Shown: positions 29,777-40,428, counted from the first letter of the stretch. The stretch is 64,000 bases of DNA from Candidatus Kuenenia stuttgartensis (GCA_945865325.1 CAMBFA010000003.1:2956-66955), one strand, 5' to 3'. Program-made: numbers and translations. Notes: generated by a model from the sequence alone, not told the origin.

Positions 29777-31180
29777 ATGACCCGAGATCGCCAGCGAACC
29801 ATCCCCGTCGCCGTGGGATGCCTGCAGACCTTCCTCCCCGACCATGGCGGAGTGGTGCGCCTCATGGTGGCGGCCCTGCTGCTCCTGACGAGCGTTGGCT
29901 GCAATATCTACGGCCGCCCCCAGCGGACGGCGTCTCACGAGGCCACTCTGGCTGCCAATTGCGATGGCGATCCTGCCAAGATGCCCGCGAAGGAACTGGC
30001 GAAGGTGTCGCTCCCCCCGTACGTCATCGAGCCGCCGGACATCCTCCTCATCGACGCGCTGCGGATCGTGCCGAAGCCGCCGTTCCGGATCCAGTCGTTC
30101 GATTCGCTCCAGGTGATCGTCGAGGGAACCCTCCTCGAACAACCGATCAACGGGATCTACGTCGTCGAACCGGGCGGCCTCCTTGACCTCGGCCCCTCCT
30201 ACGGGAAGGTTGCCGTCGGCGGCAAATCGCTCGACGAGGCCCAGGATGCTGTTTTCCGCCACCTCAAGCGCGTGCTGCGGGAGCCGCAGGTCTCGCTCAC
30301 GCTCGCCCAAGCCGCGGGGCAGCAGCAGGTGACCGGAGAGCATCTTGTCGGCCCGGACGGCACGGTCAATCTCGGCACCTACGGGAGCGTCTACGTCACC
30401 GGGATGACGCTCGCGGAGGCGAAGGAGGTGATCGAGGCTCAACTCGACAAGTTCCTCGACGCGCCGCTGGTGAGTGTTGACGTCTTTAGCTACAACTCGA
30501 AGGTCTATTACGTGATCACAGAGGGGGCGGGGCAGGGGGACAATGTCGCCAAGTTTCCCGTCACCGGCAACGAGACCGTTCTCGATGCCATCGCCGAGAT
30601 CAACGGGCTTTCGAAGCTCTCGAGCAAGGAGATCTGGATCGCCCGGCCGGCCCCGTCAGGGATCGGCTGTGATCAGGTTCTGCCGGTCGACATCGACGCG
30701 ATCATGAGGGGGGGCGCCACGGCGACCAACTACCAACTCCTCCCCGGCGACCGCGTGTTCATCGCACAGGATCCGTGGATCGCCTTCAACACCATCATCG
30801 AGAAGGTCACCGCACCGTTTGAGCAGATCATGGGGTCAACGCTCCTCGGTGCCCAGACGGTCTATACGTTCCAGCGTGGTGCCGGCTTCGGCATCGGCGC
30901 CGGTGGTGTCTGCTGGGTTGCCCGCGAGGTGTATGGCGAGGAAAACCCCAACTGGCTGCTTTTCCGGGCCTGGTTGCTGACCGAAGCCCCCATCTGGCTG
31001 CGTGACACCTACGCCACCCACGGTGAGGCCTTCGCCGCCTGGATCCATGACAAGCCGGTGGCGAAACTGGCCGTGCGGACGGTCATGGACACCATCCTCG
31101 CCTTCCGTGGAGCCGAACTTGCGGAACGCTGGGGGATCGACACAGCGGTGGCTGTTCCCCACGCCGAGTTCCCGCGCTGA
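29777..31180 (+). CDS. Wza-like polysaccharide export lipoprotein with extra C-terminal CWVAREVYG domain
   Basis: Lipobox LTSVGC, PPYVIEPPDIL, VGPDGTVNLGTYG Poly_export repeats, SLBB (ETVLDAIA, LLPGDRVFI). Confidence 0.9.
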   Translation: MTRDRQRTIPVAVGCLQTFLPDHGGVVRLMVAALLLLTSVGCNIYGRPQRTASHEATLAANCDGDPAKMPAKELAKVSLPPYVIEPPDILLIDALRIVPKPPFRIQSFDSLQVIVEGTLLEQPINGIYVVEPGGLLDLGPSYGKVAVGGKSLDEAQDAVFRHLKRVLREPQVSLTLAQAAGQQQVTGEHLVGPDGTVNLGTYGSVYVTGMTLAEAKEVIEAQLDKFLDAPLVSVDVFSYNSKVYYVITEGAGQGDNVAKFPVTGNETVLDAIAEINGLSKLSSKEIWIARPAPSGIGCDQVLPVDIDAIMRGGATATNYQLLPGDRVFIAQDPWIAFNTIIEKVTAPFEQIMGSTLLGAQTVYTFQRGAGFGIGAGGVCWVAREVYGEENPNWLLFRAWLLTEAPIWLRDTYATHGEAFAAWIHDKPVAKLAVRTVMDTILAFRGAELAERWGIDTAVAVPHAEFPR

Positions 31181-31285
31181 AACGCCCCGTTTCGCCGAGC
31201 CTGGCTCCCGAGACCGTGCAATCGTCGGTGCCAGGCGTAGAATAGATTCACCGTTTGCATCCCCACCTGCCCGGAGATTGCTTCC

Positions 31286-31702
31286 ATGCTCCACCGCAAG
31301 ACGTTTTCGATGGCCTGGCGGATCGCGTTGCCCGTGACGGCGGTGCTTCTGGTCGGCACGTTCGCGTCGACCGCCGCGGCCCAACAGGGACGGTTGCCGT
31401 TCGCCGATTATTCCGGGCGGAGGGGTATGAGCCCCTACACCGCACTCGGATTCCAGGGGGACAATCCCAATACCGGCGGAACGCTCGGAGCCCTGCAAAA
31501 CCTCGTCCGGCCGCAGCAACTCCAAGCCTCCCAGGTCCAGCAGCAGGTGAGCCTCGGAAGGCAGCTCAATGGCGTCCAGGGGCAGGTCCGCTCGATACAA
31601 CGCGGTGGTGGTAGCAGCGGTCAAAATTACAACACGATCCGGTCCACCGGCCACAGTGCGACGTTTCAGAACACCTCCCATTTCTATCCCAGCAATCGTT
31701 GA
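31286..31702 (+). CDS. Secreted hypothetical protein (planctomycete-type, SPY..LVRPQ..TGH..F.N.SHFY)
   Basis: Signal peptide ending AAAQ, Gln-rich. TAGAAT -10 element upstream. Confidence 0.75.
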   Translation: MLHRKTFSMAWRIALPVTAVLLVGTFASTAAAQQGRLPFADYSGRRGMSPYTALGFQGDNPNTGGTLGALQNLVRPQQLQASQVQQQVSLGRQLNGVQGQVRSIQRGGGSSGQNYNTIRSTGHSATFQNTSHFYPSNR

Positions 31703-32430
31703 AACGCTCCTCCGCCTTCTGGCGGTTCGCGCTTGCCATGCTCGGCACGACCGTGTGGCTGCCCTCCCCAGATGCCTCCAGCCGGCCCGGAGCCCAGGCC
31801 GCCCCGCCTTCGATCGAAGACGGGGGGAGTGAGCCGCGCCCGGAGCGGCCGCGAATGCAGACACTGGCCCCGTCGCTGCGCAGCGGGGCGGTCCCGTCGC
31901 AGCGCGCCCTTGTCGATGCCCGGTCGGAGTTCCGACAGCGCTACGGGAATCCGGCGGCGCGGGTGCGGACCTCCTCCGCCACGCTCCTGCTGGCCGAGGC
32001 GCTGATGGCGGAGGCAGCCGGTGAATCCGACCCGGCGGTGAAGTGGGTGATCCTCGAGGAGGCCAGGAAACTGGCCATCTCCGCGGGCAGCCCTCTCGTT
32101 GTCGGGCGGTCGGTGCGGGTCGCGTCGGCTGAGTTTGACTTCGACGCCTTGGCCGTCGAATACCGCTCGCTCCTCGAGATCCCGCTGCGGGCCATCGATC
32201 CCGGGCGCGCGGCCGACCTCGCCAACGCAGCCGCGGGTGTGGCGACGCGAGCCGAGGTCGACCACCGCTACGACGTGGCGATCCTGGCCCAAGGCCTGAC
32301 GATCCGCGCCTGGCAGCGGGCCGGCAACATCCCTGCCGCTCGGGCGGCCTCCCTCCGGCTGGAGTCGCTCGAACGGCTGGCGAAATCGTCCCCCCGCCGG
32401 TCGCCCGGCGAAGCGGAGCCGGGGCGTTGA
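31699..32430 (+). CDS. Hypothetical alpha-helical protein, probably exported
   Basis: Start overlaps the upstream stop. Ala/Leu-rich helical composition and GC3-biased codons. Confidence 0.65.
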   Translation: MKRSSAFWRFALAMLGTTVWLPSPDASSRPGAQAAPPSIEDGGSEPRPERPRMQTLAPSLRSGAVPSQRALVDARSEFRQRYGNPAARVRTSSATLLLAEALMAEAAGESDPAVKWVILEEARKLAISAGSPLVVGRSVRVASAEFDFDALAVEYRSLLEIPLRAIDPGRAADLANAAAGVATRAEVDHRYDVAILAQGLTIRAWQRAGNIPAARAASLRLESLERLAKSSPRRSPGEAEPGR

Positions 32431-32440
32431 GCAACCCAGG

Positions 32441-34249
32441 TCAGTCGTCGTCGAAGGGGCGACGCGCGCCGGGCTTCGGGCCGGGGTCCGTCGGCTCCGG
32501 TTTCTCCGGCTGATCCTTCTCCGGACCGCGATTTCCCCCCTCCACACGACCTCCCCCTTCCTCCATCGACTGTCGCTCGCGCCACGGATTCCCCGCCTCG
32601 TAGCTTGCCAGCTCGCTCTTCAGCTGGTCACGGACCTCGGACGACTCGTCACTCCCGTCGACGGCCTGCCGGCTGTATTTCTTCGCCTCCTCGAAATCCC
32701 CCGATTCGGCGTGGGCCGCAGCCAGCGTGCTGATCACGTGCGGCTGCTTCCATTCGGTCAATTCGCAGGCTTTCATGGCAATCCCGATGGCCCGCTTGCC
32801 GTCCCGGACCGCATCGTCCGGACTCGTGGCGAGCACCCAAGCGAGATTGTTCAGGACCGTGTCGTTGTCTGGTTGCAGTTCCATGGCCTTTTCGAGGTCG
32901 GCGAGCGCCGCGGCGTGATCGCCGATGGAGATCTCGGCATCCCCGCGTCCGCGGCGGGCGAGAAACTGCTCCGGATCGATCTCCAACGCGCGATTGAAGC
33001 GGCGGATCGCCTCCCTTGGTTCCTTGGCTGCGAGGTAGAGGAAGCCGAGTTGGCCGACGACGCCGGCGTCGTTGGGGCTTTGGCGGACGAGTCGACGGAA
33101 ATCGGCGATCGCCGACGGATAATCCCCCTGGTCAGCTGCGAGCAGAGCGCGAAGTTCGAGGGCCGACCGGTGGTCGGGGTCGCGGGCGAGGACGTGCGCG
33201 ATGTCGGCGAGGGCGTCGTCGGTGCTGCCGGCCTGCTGGTGCAACCGAGCCCGAAGGACGCGGGGCTCGGCCGCATCAGGGACCGCGGCGATCGCCCGAT
33301 CGAGATCGGCCATCGCACGTTCGAGGTTTCCCTGCGACGCGAACACCCGCCCGCGTTGGAAAAGGATGTCGGCGGAGTCGGGGGCAAGTTCGAGGGCGTC
33401 GTCGAAGTTCTTGAGGGCGTCGTCGGTCCGCTGTGCCATGAGCAACGACAGGCCGCGCATCTCACGGATCCGGACATCGTCCGGATTCTCCTCGATCGCC
33501 ACGTCGAAGTCCGCCAGGGCCCCGTCCTGATCCCCCTCCATCATCAGGAACAGCCCGCGCGTCCGTCGGACATCGGCATCCCGGGGGGCGAGCTCGACCG
33601 CTTTGTCGTAGTCGGCACGGCGAGCCGGCGGATCGTCTTCAGCGAGATTCCCCAGCACGACGTGGGCCTGGGCCGTCTGCAGCGGGTCGTCGCCGCCGAG
33701 CTCGACCGCGCGGCGGGCAGAGCTTCCGGCCCGCTGCCGATCCCCCCCGGGCAGCGCCTCGAGGCGAGCGATCATCACGTGCGCCGCAGCGAGCGTGTCG
33801 TCGCGCTGCACCACCTCCCCCAGATCGCGCAGCGCATAGGCCCGCATCCGCTCCCATTGCTGCTGGGCTCCCGGGGCGCCGTCGAAGAGTGCTTCGGTGA
33901 GCATCGACGCCCGATCGACCAGCGTGCCTGTGTAGAGGTCGTTGGCAAACCCCCGCGAAGACTCCTCGAGCCCTTTCCGGAGGGCGGCTCGGACCAGCCC
34001 GAGGACCCGCTCGAAATCATCGAGGGACCGGGCCGCCAGCTTGGCATCGACAGCCGCATCGAGATCCTCCTGCCCCGCCGCCGCGGCCGGGGCACTGTCG
34101 ACGGCCGGTTCATCGGCGTGGAGCGGGAGGCACGCCGCCGGGTCCAGCAGCATCGATGCCGCAGCCAGGAACCACCGGCCCCGACGGCGGCGATCCGCAC
34201 GCTGCGATGACGGCGGCAGGAGACGGCTGGCATGCGGGAGAACGTTCAT
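32441..34249 (-). CDS. Tetratricopeptide repeat protein
   Basis: Many TPR units (ADYDKAVELAP, ALADFDVAI) and C-terminal LNNLAWVLATSP..RDGKRA..LAAAHAESGDF. Start uncertain. Confidence 0.9.
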   Translation of the reverse strand: MNVLPHASRLLPPSSQRADRRRRGRWFLAAASMLLDPAACLPLHADEPAVDSAPAAAAGQEDLDAAVDAKLAARSLDDFERVLGLVRAALRKGLEESSRGFANDLYTGTLVDRASMLTEALFDGAPGAQQQWERMRAYALRDLGEVVQRDDTLAAAHVMIARLEALPGGDRQRAGSSARRAVELGGDDPLQTAQAHVVLGNLAEDDPPARRADYDKAVELAPRDADVRRTRGLFLMMEGDQDGALADFDVAIEENPDDVRIREMRGLSLLMAQRTDDALKNFDDALELAPDSADILFQRGRVFASQGNLERAMADLDRAIAAVPDAAEPRVLRARLHQQAGSTDDALADIAHVLARDPDHRSALELRALLAADQGDYPSAIADFRRLVRQSPNDAGVVGQLGFLYLAAKEPREAIRRFNRALEIDPEQFLARRGRGDAEISIGDHAAALADLEKAMELQPDNDTVLNNLAWVLATSPDDAVRDGKRAIGIAMKACELTEWKQPHVISTLAAAHAESGDFEEAKKYSRQAVDGSDESSEVRDQLKSELASYEAGNPWRERQSMEEGGGRVEGGNRGPEKDQPEKPEPTDPGPKPGARRPFDDD

Positions 34250-34385
34250 CGAGTCGTATCCTCGAGGGGGCCATGGGGGCCGGACAGATCGGCATCCCCT
34301 ATCCCCCCAGTATGCGACGGGCCCCACCCTCGGGGCCAGACGGATCGGCGGACGGGGAAAACGGCCCGTCGGTCCCGCGGGCGCA

Positions 34386-35291
34386 TCACAGCGGGGCGGG
34401 GAGGTCGCGACGGCAGAAGATCACGCCGCCGATAACGTATGCCACGCACCCGACGCCGAGAAGAATTCCGTCGTAAACGACGAGATTCGCTGCGGCGGAT
34501 TCGGTGGGGCGAAGGAGGAGTGGAAATGATGCGTCGTAAACGAAGAGATTCGTCCAGCCAACTGCGGGATCCCCGACCAGCCGCTGCGGTTCGTAGGCAT
34601 TCAGAAAGGAGAGGTAGCCGACCCAGCCAAACGCCCCGCTCATTCGGCCGACGAGCTTCGCCAGCAGGGAGAAGACGTAAAAGCCGGACATCGCGCCGAT
34701 CGTCCGCCAGCGATAGCTGTCGGCAGCCGACACGCAGGCGGAGATCCCGGCCAGGCAGACCATCAGGCCGAAGACATTGGCGACCGGAAGCAGGAATCGA
34801 TCCGGCTCGACCTTGCCAGCCCACGGACCATAGGCCACCGCCGCGCACACCGAGAGGGCCAGCACGCCGCACAGGCAGGCCGCCGCAGCCGTCGTCGCCA
34901 GCGCCTGCGTCACCCACACCGCTTTGCGTTGCACCGGCTGCGCGAGGAGCAACTCCATCGTGCCCCGTTCGAGCTGCCCCGACACGGCATCGCTCCCCCG
35001 GGTGATCCCCCAGACCGTCGCCGCGAGGACGACGACCGGATCGACGAAGGCCAGCGCTACCCGGCCGGCGTGGGTCGCAACCTCGGAGAACGGCACCCCG
35101 GAGAGCCGCTGCCAGTCCTTCGGGATCGCCTGGAGGAGCACGTCCTGGAATGCCAGCATCGGAATCTGCGCCGATAGCCAGAGGAACAGCCAGGGGAACA
35201 CGCCCCACAGCGCGGCAAACGCCAGCACGAGCCCGCGCTGATCACCCCAGGTTTTGCGCCAGATGGCGGTATTCCACACGCGGTCACCCAT
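34386..35291 (-). CDS. ABC-2 type transporter permease
   Basis: GQLERGTMELLLAQPV motif, 6 TMs, C-terminal RRDLPAPL. Confidence 0.88.
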   Translation of the reverse strand: MGDRVWNTAIWRKTWGDQRGLVLAFAALWGVFPWLFLWLSAQIPMLAFQDVLLQAIPKDWQRLSGVPFSEVATHAGRVALAFVDPVVVLAATVWGITRGSDAVSGQLERGTMELLLAQPVQRKAVWVTQALATTAAAACLCGVLALSVCAAVAYGPWAGKVEPDRFLLPVANVFGLMVCLAGISACVSAADSYRWRTIGAMSGFYVFSLLAKLVGRMSGAFGWVGYLSFLNAYEPQRLVGDPAVGWTNLFVYDASFPLLLRPTESAAANLVVYDGILLGVGCVAYVIGGVIFCRRDLPAPL

Positions 35292-36159
35292 GGCGATGAA
35301 AACGGTCATAGACGGCATCGAGCCCGACGGGGTCGACCCGGATCTCACCGAGAGGGAGCGTCGAGAGCCAGCCGAGGAGCGGCCGCAACGAATCGGCTGT
35401 CTCGAGGACGACCCTGCCGTCGCGGTCGCGGGTGACGGTGACATGCTCGCGGAGCTCCGCCGGCACCTCTCCCATCGCCCCCTCGAGCCGGGCGGTAATG
35501 CGGTGATGGCGGCGGAGCTGCGCGACCGACTGCTCGTGAACAACCCGCCCGGCGCGGAGGATCACGACGCGGTCACACGTTGCCTCGACCTCAGACAGGA
35601 CATGCGAGGAAAACATCACCGTTCGGCCGGCCGCCTGCGCCTCGCGGACGAGATCGAGGACGACCGCCCGGGCCGTCGGATCGAGGTTGGCCGTCGGTTC
35701 GTCGAGGATCACGAGGGACGCCTCGGTGGCGAGAACGACGGCCAGGGCGAGTTTTTGCCGCATGCCCGTACTCATCCGCGCGACCTGACGCGAACAGTCG
35801 AGATCGAGGCGCCGGGCGATGCGCGTGGCCGCGTCACGGCGACATTCACGGCGCAATCCGGAGAAGAAATCGAGGACCGCATGGCCCGACATCCGGCGGA
35901 AGAGGCGGGCCTCCCCGGGGAGATAGGTCGTCGCAGCCCTGACGGCGAGCGAGTCGAGAACGCAGTCATGCCCCGCCACCCGGGCCGTGCCGGAGGTGGG
36001 ATGAATAAAGCCGAGAAGAAGGCGGAGGAAGGTCGTCTTCCCCGCGCCATTGGGGCCGAGGAGGCCGAACACCTCCCCCTGACGGACGGCCAACGAGCAG
36101 CCCTCGAGCGCCGTGAAAGGGCCATACCGCTTCGTGAGTTGATCCGCTTCAACGAGCAT
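35284..36159 (-). CDS. ABC transporter ATP-binding protein
   Basis: GPNGAGKTT, MSTGMRQK, ILDEPT, SSHVLSEV. Confidence 0.95.
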   Translation of the reverse strand: MLVEADQLTKRYGPFTALEGCSLAVRQGEVFGLLGPNGAGKTTFLRLLLGFIHPTSGTARVAGHDCVLDSLAVRAATTYLPGEARLFRRMSGHAVLDFFSGLRRECRRDAATRIARRLDLDCSRQVARMSTGMRQKLALAVVLATEASLVILDEPTANLDPTARAVVLDLVREAQAAGRTVMFSSHVLSEVEATCDRVVILRAGRVVHEQSVAQLRRHHRITARLEGAMGEVPAELREHVTVTRDRDGRVVLETADSLRPLLGWLSTLPLGEIRVDPVGLDAVYDRFHRHG

Positions 36160-36184
36160 TGACCGCCTGGCAGGACCGGGGACA

Positions 36185-37069
36185 CTAGCCTCGGAGGAAA
36201 TAATAGCCGGCCAGGCCGAAACCGATGAGGGCCACGATCCGGCGGACCACCGGCGCCGGCATCCGCCGCATCAATCGGACGCCAACCACCGCGCCGCAGA
36301 TCGACGCCAGCGCCATCACCAGGGCCAGCGGCCAGGAGACGATGCCGCCCCCCCCCCCGACGCCGCTCGGGAGGATCGACGCGGACGCAAACACGACTGC
36401 TGTGGTGCCGTTGACCGCTGTCGCAAGGAGGTTCTTAACGGCGTTGATCCGGTGGATGTCTCCCACCCCGAGGCATCCCAGGACGGCGAGCATGAGGATG
36501 CCGATCGCGGCGCCGAAATACCCGCCGTAGACGGCCACCAGGAACTGGAGTCCCCAGGCGAGGAGGAACATCCCGCGGGTCGGCTCGCCGTTGGGGGTGG
36601 CCCCCGATCCGCCAGCGGCGAGCCGGGCGGCAAGACGGGGCTGGAGCGCGAACAACACCGCCGCACCGAGGATCAGCCAGGGGACGAGCCGGCCGAACCA
36701 GGCCGGGGGCAGCGCGAGCAGAAGCGCGGCGCCGACGATCGCCCCGCCGACACTCGCCGGCAGGAGCCAGCGGGTCCAGCGGGTCAAGCGCGGCTGGCCA
36801 TCCCGCTCGGCACGGCCCGCCCAGGCTGCGGCCATCGCGCCTGGCCAGAGGCCGAGGGTGCTGGTCGCGTTGGCGGCCACCAGTCCGGCCGGGCCATCAG
36901 GAAGGATCGCCGCCACGACCGGGAAGGTGAGGATCGTGCCCCCCCCCGCCACGGCGTTGACCGCTGCGGCGATGAAGGTGGTGGCGGCGAGAAGCAGCAG
37001 TTGCTCCAGAGGGAAGGCGTTCGACGCCCCTCCGACCGAGGCGATATCGGCAGCCAGCGGAAGGGGCAT
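36185..37069 (-). CDS. Sulfite exporter TauE/SafE family membrane protein
   Basis: NAVAGGGTILTFP, ANATST, YGGYFGAAIG, NAVKN. Confidence 0.9.
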   Translation of the reverse strand: MPLPLAADIASVGGASNAFPLEQLLLLAATTFIAAAVNAVAGGGTILTFPVVAAILPDGPAGLVAANATSTLGLWPGAMAAAWAGRAERDGQPRLTRWTRWLLPASVGGAIVGAALLLALPPAWFGRLVPWLILGAAVLFALQPRLAARLAAGGSGATPNGEPTRGMFLLAWGLQFLVAVYGGYFGAAIGILMLAVLGCLGVGDIHRINAVKNLLATAVNGTTAVVFASASILPSGVGGGGGIVSWPLALVMALASICGAVVGVRLMRRMPAPVVRRIVALIGFGLAGYYFLRG

Positions 37070-40000
37070 CACTTCGCCCCCCGGACGGCCGCCGGATCGC
37101 GCTTGCCAGCCGCCGGCAACGCGGCCGGACGGCCACCGATGCCCTTCGCTGCGGCCGCTTCGACCGGGGCGCTGATCCCGCCGTCGACGAGCATGTAGCC
37201 GGCCCAGAACAAGGGGTGACGCATGTCGGTCAGCACCGTCTGGCCAACCCCCCGGATCCGCCCCTCGAACGCCGGATCGGGCTCCTCGGCGGAGACAAGA
37301 TCGACCGCCCGCCGCCAACTCGCCGCCGGGATCGCCGTCGGGTCGTCGCTGTCGCGGACGAGCTCGGCCACGAGATCGGTGGTCGACTTCCCCCCCATCC
37401 GCCAGCGACTGACAAGCGCCGTGCGGGCGCCGGCGGCCAGCACGTCAGTGGCGGCGATAAACAACTCCTCCCCCGGCCGGGACTGTGGCTTGGTGAGCCC
37501 CGAGGCCATCGCCGACTGAACCCCCGGGAGGATGACCAGTGGCGGACGTTTGTGCGGCGAAGCGAGCCAATCGTTGAACGTCATCCCCGACTTGGCCCCA
37601 CGGTCGGGCGAACGACCGAACAGGCCGCGCAAGCCCACCGGCCCCTCACCGGCGACATTGATCTCGTCGAGGACCACGAGCGTCTCGCACAACGCAGCCG
37701 GGAGCAACGGCGAGACGACGACACCATGCTGCTGAAGTGGCTGAGCCGGGAGGACGACGGCGCGTTCGAGGGCCTGGGTGAGGCGGTCGACCGCCTCCCC
37801 GATCGCCTCCGGCCGTTCCCCACGGACGGCCCGGCCGGCATGGATGCCAATGGGCCCACGCCCGGCCGATGGCTCCACCGGCGCCGGTGGCCTGCCAGCG
37901 ACGGCCAGACTGCGAGTGGGAGCGTAACGGATGCGGCAGACGTCCCGCAGGAGCGGCGGCGGCTCGACGGTCGCCGCATCGCCGTCGGCGGGCTCGCCAG
38001 CGGAACCGGTGGGAAGGAGTTCGAACGGCAGATACCACAGCGCCCCGTCGGGCACGATCACGAGCTCCTCGATCCCCTCCGAGAGCGTGACCTTCGACTG
38101 CTCGAAGAGGAGTCGTTCGACGGTGACCATCGCGGCCCGCCAGTCGGAGGCGATGATCCGATCGGTCCCCACCGGCACGTGGGGGTCGAACAGACACAGT
38201 GCCTTCGCCAGGTGGGTCAGCTCCCGGGCCAGTGCCGCCGGTTGCCGGACCTGCCACAGGGCGACGCGGTCGCGAGACTCCAGGGCCCCCCACAGCCCCG
38301 ACGCGCCCCAATGAAAAGAGAGGAGCAGTTCGCCCGGAGCCAACCTTCCACGGACATCGGCCGGGGGGAGGAGCGGGGGAAACTCGAGCCCGATCGGCTC
38401 CCGGCCGGCGGCGAGCTGATCGATCAAGACCCCGCGTTGGGCCGAGCCCTGCGCGAACGATTCCCAATCCCTCGGCTCGCCCGGCGGACCGACCCGGCGC
38501 AGCGGACCGGCGCCGCCATCCCCGCCGGCGGAGGCAAGGAGCGCGGCAGTCAGCGCCGTCCGCAGGCGGGCGTCCTCGTCGACGAGTCGGGCCAGCTCCG
38601 GATGGCGCCTGAAGAGTCCCGTCCGGCCAGCGACGGCGTCAGGCCCCAGCCCGGAGGGATCGGGGCCGAGCAGACGCTCGAGCCCCAGCCGTCGCCCTCC
38701 CACCGGCTGCGTGTCGAGCCACCGGGCCCGGGCCGAGGCCTCAGCGGCGGCCAGGGCCGCATCGCCGCCACGGCGCGCCGCGACCAACATCCACGCTTCG
38801 TGGGCCTCAGGGCGGGGCGTCGTCATCGCCGCGAGCGTGGCCAGCGGATCGATGACCAGCTCACGCGGTTGCGGGTCGCCAAGGAGCCTCGCGAAGAGCA
38901 CGTCGGCCTGCCGGTCGGAGATCGTCGTCGCCCCGGCCATCACCATCTCGACCAGCCTGCCGGTCTGGAAGAGGCGCGGGGAACGGGGGCGGGCGATCGC
39001 CAAGGCACGCTCCAACTCGGCATCCCCTGTGGTCGGATCGCCGGCGCCGTACGCCGTCAGGGCCGCGGCATGCGCGACGATGGCGCCCGGCGTCCCCTGG
39101 CCGGCATCCGTGCGGAGAAACCGCCCGTCGACCTCTCCGAGCCGGGCCCTCGCCCCCTGGAGATTGCCGGCGGCAGCCAACGCCTCCGCTTCGTGCGCCA
39201 GGAGGGTGGTCCGGAGCACGGGCAATCCACCGCGGGCCCACTCGCAGCCCCCGTGGACGGTCGCCGGCACCCCCGGCGTGCCGGCGGCCTGGTGGGCGGC
39301 AAACGCCATCCGGAATCCCTCCTCGAGCGCCCGGGCATCGCCGAACTCGGCCGCCGCGTAGGTTGCCTCCTCGAACCACCGTGCGGCGCCGATGGAATCG
39401 TCGCGGGCCAGCGCGATCCGCCCGAGCACGAGCAGGCCCCAGGCCGTCAAGGGGTGATCGAGTTTGCCGCCGAGGGCCACGCCGCGCTCGAGCAGCGGCA
39501 CCGCCTGATCGAGCCGGCCCTGCGACCATGCCGCGGTTCCCAGCGCCACGTCGATCCACGACTGCGACCAGTGGTTCGGGGGCGCCGGGCGCTTCGCAAG
39601 GGCATTGTTCAACCCATCGATCGCATTCCCCTCGCCGGCGAGCGGCCCGAGGATCACGGCCCGCCGGTAGATCGCGATCACGAGGGCCCGCATGATCTCA
39701 TGAGGACGGATCGGAACATTGACCGGGGCCGCGAGCACTCCCCCCTGCTGGAGCACCTTCTGGGGATCGACCGGCGTCTGCCGGATCGTCATCGTGTCGG
39801 GAAACGTCGCCGGCTTGGTGCCCCGCGCGCTCCGCCCCCAGGTGGCCACGCGCGGGCGCGGCGAAGGCTGCGGTCCCTGGGTCGGAAACTGGACCGCCAG
39901 CAACCACTCGGCATGCACGGTGCCGAGGCCGATCGCCTCCTCGTAAGCGGCGACGGAATCCCGCCAGCTACCGAGCTCGTACTGCGATTCACCGATCGCA

Positions 40001-40263
40001 GTGGCGGAGGCGATCGAGTCGATCCAGCGCTGGTTCCCGGCACGGACCCCCGCCCCGTAATCCCGGCCGGCCGTTTCCAGGGCCACGCCATAGTCGCCGT
40101 TGGCCAGCGCCGCGAGCGTGGCATCAAAGGCGATCGTCGGCACGGTCTGGGCCCCGCGGGGCACGATCTGGGCCCGGGCCACACCCAGGCTCAACAGGGC
40201 CGTCACCGCGAGGATCGCGGCCGATCGGCGGAACAGCGACTGCCAGAGAACAACACGCCACAT
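37069..40263 (-). CDS. Exported TPR-like + CHAT-domain protein (catalytic dyad apparently absent)
   Basis: Signal peptide (..VARAQ), IVPDGALWYLPFELL, AAGARTALVSRW, HPLFWAGYML. Start set at ATG 40263. Confidence 0.8.
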   Translation of the reverse strand: MWRVVLWQSLFRRSAAILAVTALLSLGVARAQIVPRGAQTVPTIAFDATLAALANGDYGVALETAGRDYGAGVRAGNQRWIDSIASATAIGESQYELGSWRDSVAAYEEAIGLGTVHAEWLLAVQFPTQGPQPSPRPRVATWGRSARGTKPATFPDTMTIRQTPVDPQKVLQQGGVLAAPVNVPIRPHEIMRALVIAIYRRAVILGPLAGEGNAIDGLNNALAKRPAPPNHWSQSWIDVALGTAAWSQGRLDQAVPLLERGVALGGKLDHPLTAWGLLVLGRIALARDDSIGAARWFEEATYAAAEFGDARALEEGFRMAFAAHQAAGTPGVPATVHGGCEWARGGLPVLRTTLLAHEAEALAAAGNLQGARARLGEVDGRFLRTDAGQGTPGAIVAHAAALTAYGAGDPTTGDAELERALAIARPRSPRLFQTGRLVEMVMAGATTISDRQADVLFARLLGDPQPRELVIDPLATLAAMTTPRPEAHEAWMLVAARRGGDAALAAAEASARARWLDTQPVGGRRLGLERLLGPDPSGLGPDAVAGRTGLFRRHPELARLVDEDARLRTALTAALLASAGGDGGAGPLRRVGPPGEPRDWESFAQGSAQRGVLIDQLAAGREPIGLEFPPLLPPADVRGRLAPGELLLSFHWGASGLWGALESRDRVALWQVRQPAALARELTHLAKALCLFDPHVPVGTDRIIASDWRAAMVTVERLLFEQSKVTLSEGIEELVIVPDGALWYLPFELLPTGSAGEPADGDAATVEPPPLLRDVCRIRYAPTRSLAVAGRPPAPVEPSAGRGPIGIHAGRAVRGERPEAIGEAVDRLTQALERAVVLPAQPLQQHGVVVSPLLPAALCETLVVLDEINVAGEGPVGLRGLFGRSPDRGAKSGMTFNDWLASPHKRPPLVILPGVQSAMASGLTKPQSRPGEELFIAATDVLAAGARTALVSRWRMGGKSTTDLVAELVRDSDDPTAIPAASWRRAVDLVSAEEPDPAFEGRIRGVGQTVLTDMRHPLFWAGYMLVDGGISAPVEAAAAKGIGGRPAALPAAGKRDPAAVRGAK

Positions 40264-40428
40264 GCCGTCAGTTGTACACCCTCCCCACGCGCCCGCCGAC
40301 CCGAGAGTCGGGTCCGTGACCAGGAATCCCAGCCCGCCGTCAGACCGTCGACCGACCGGTAGTCTGGGAAACGTCGGGCAGCCGGGGAGGCTCCGCTGGC
40401 GCCGTTTCGAACGATCGCAACGGTTTGT

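Noticed and set aside
37216-40362. 1048-aa plus-strand ORF, and similar long ORFs at 3223-5364, 9455-11917, 27953-29683 and 32711-34210
   Set aside because: Antisense shadows of well-supported genes, expected in high-GC DNA. They are Arg/Gly-rich with no recognisable motifs.
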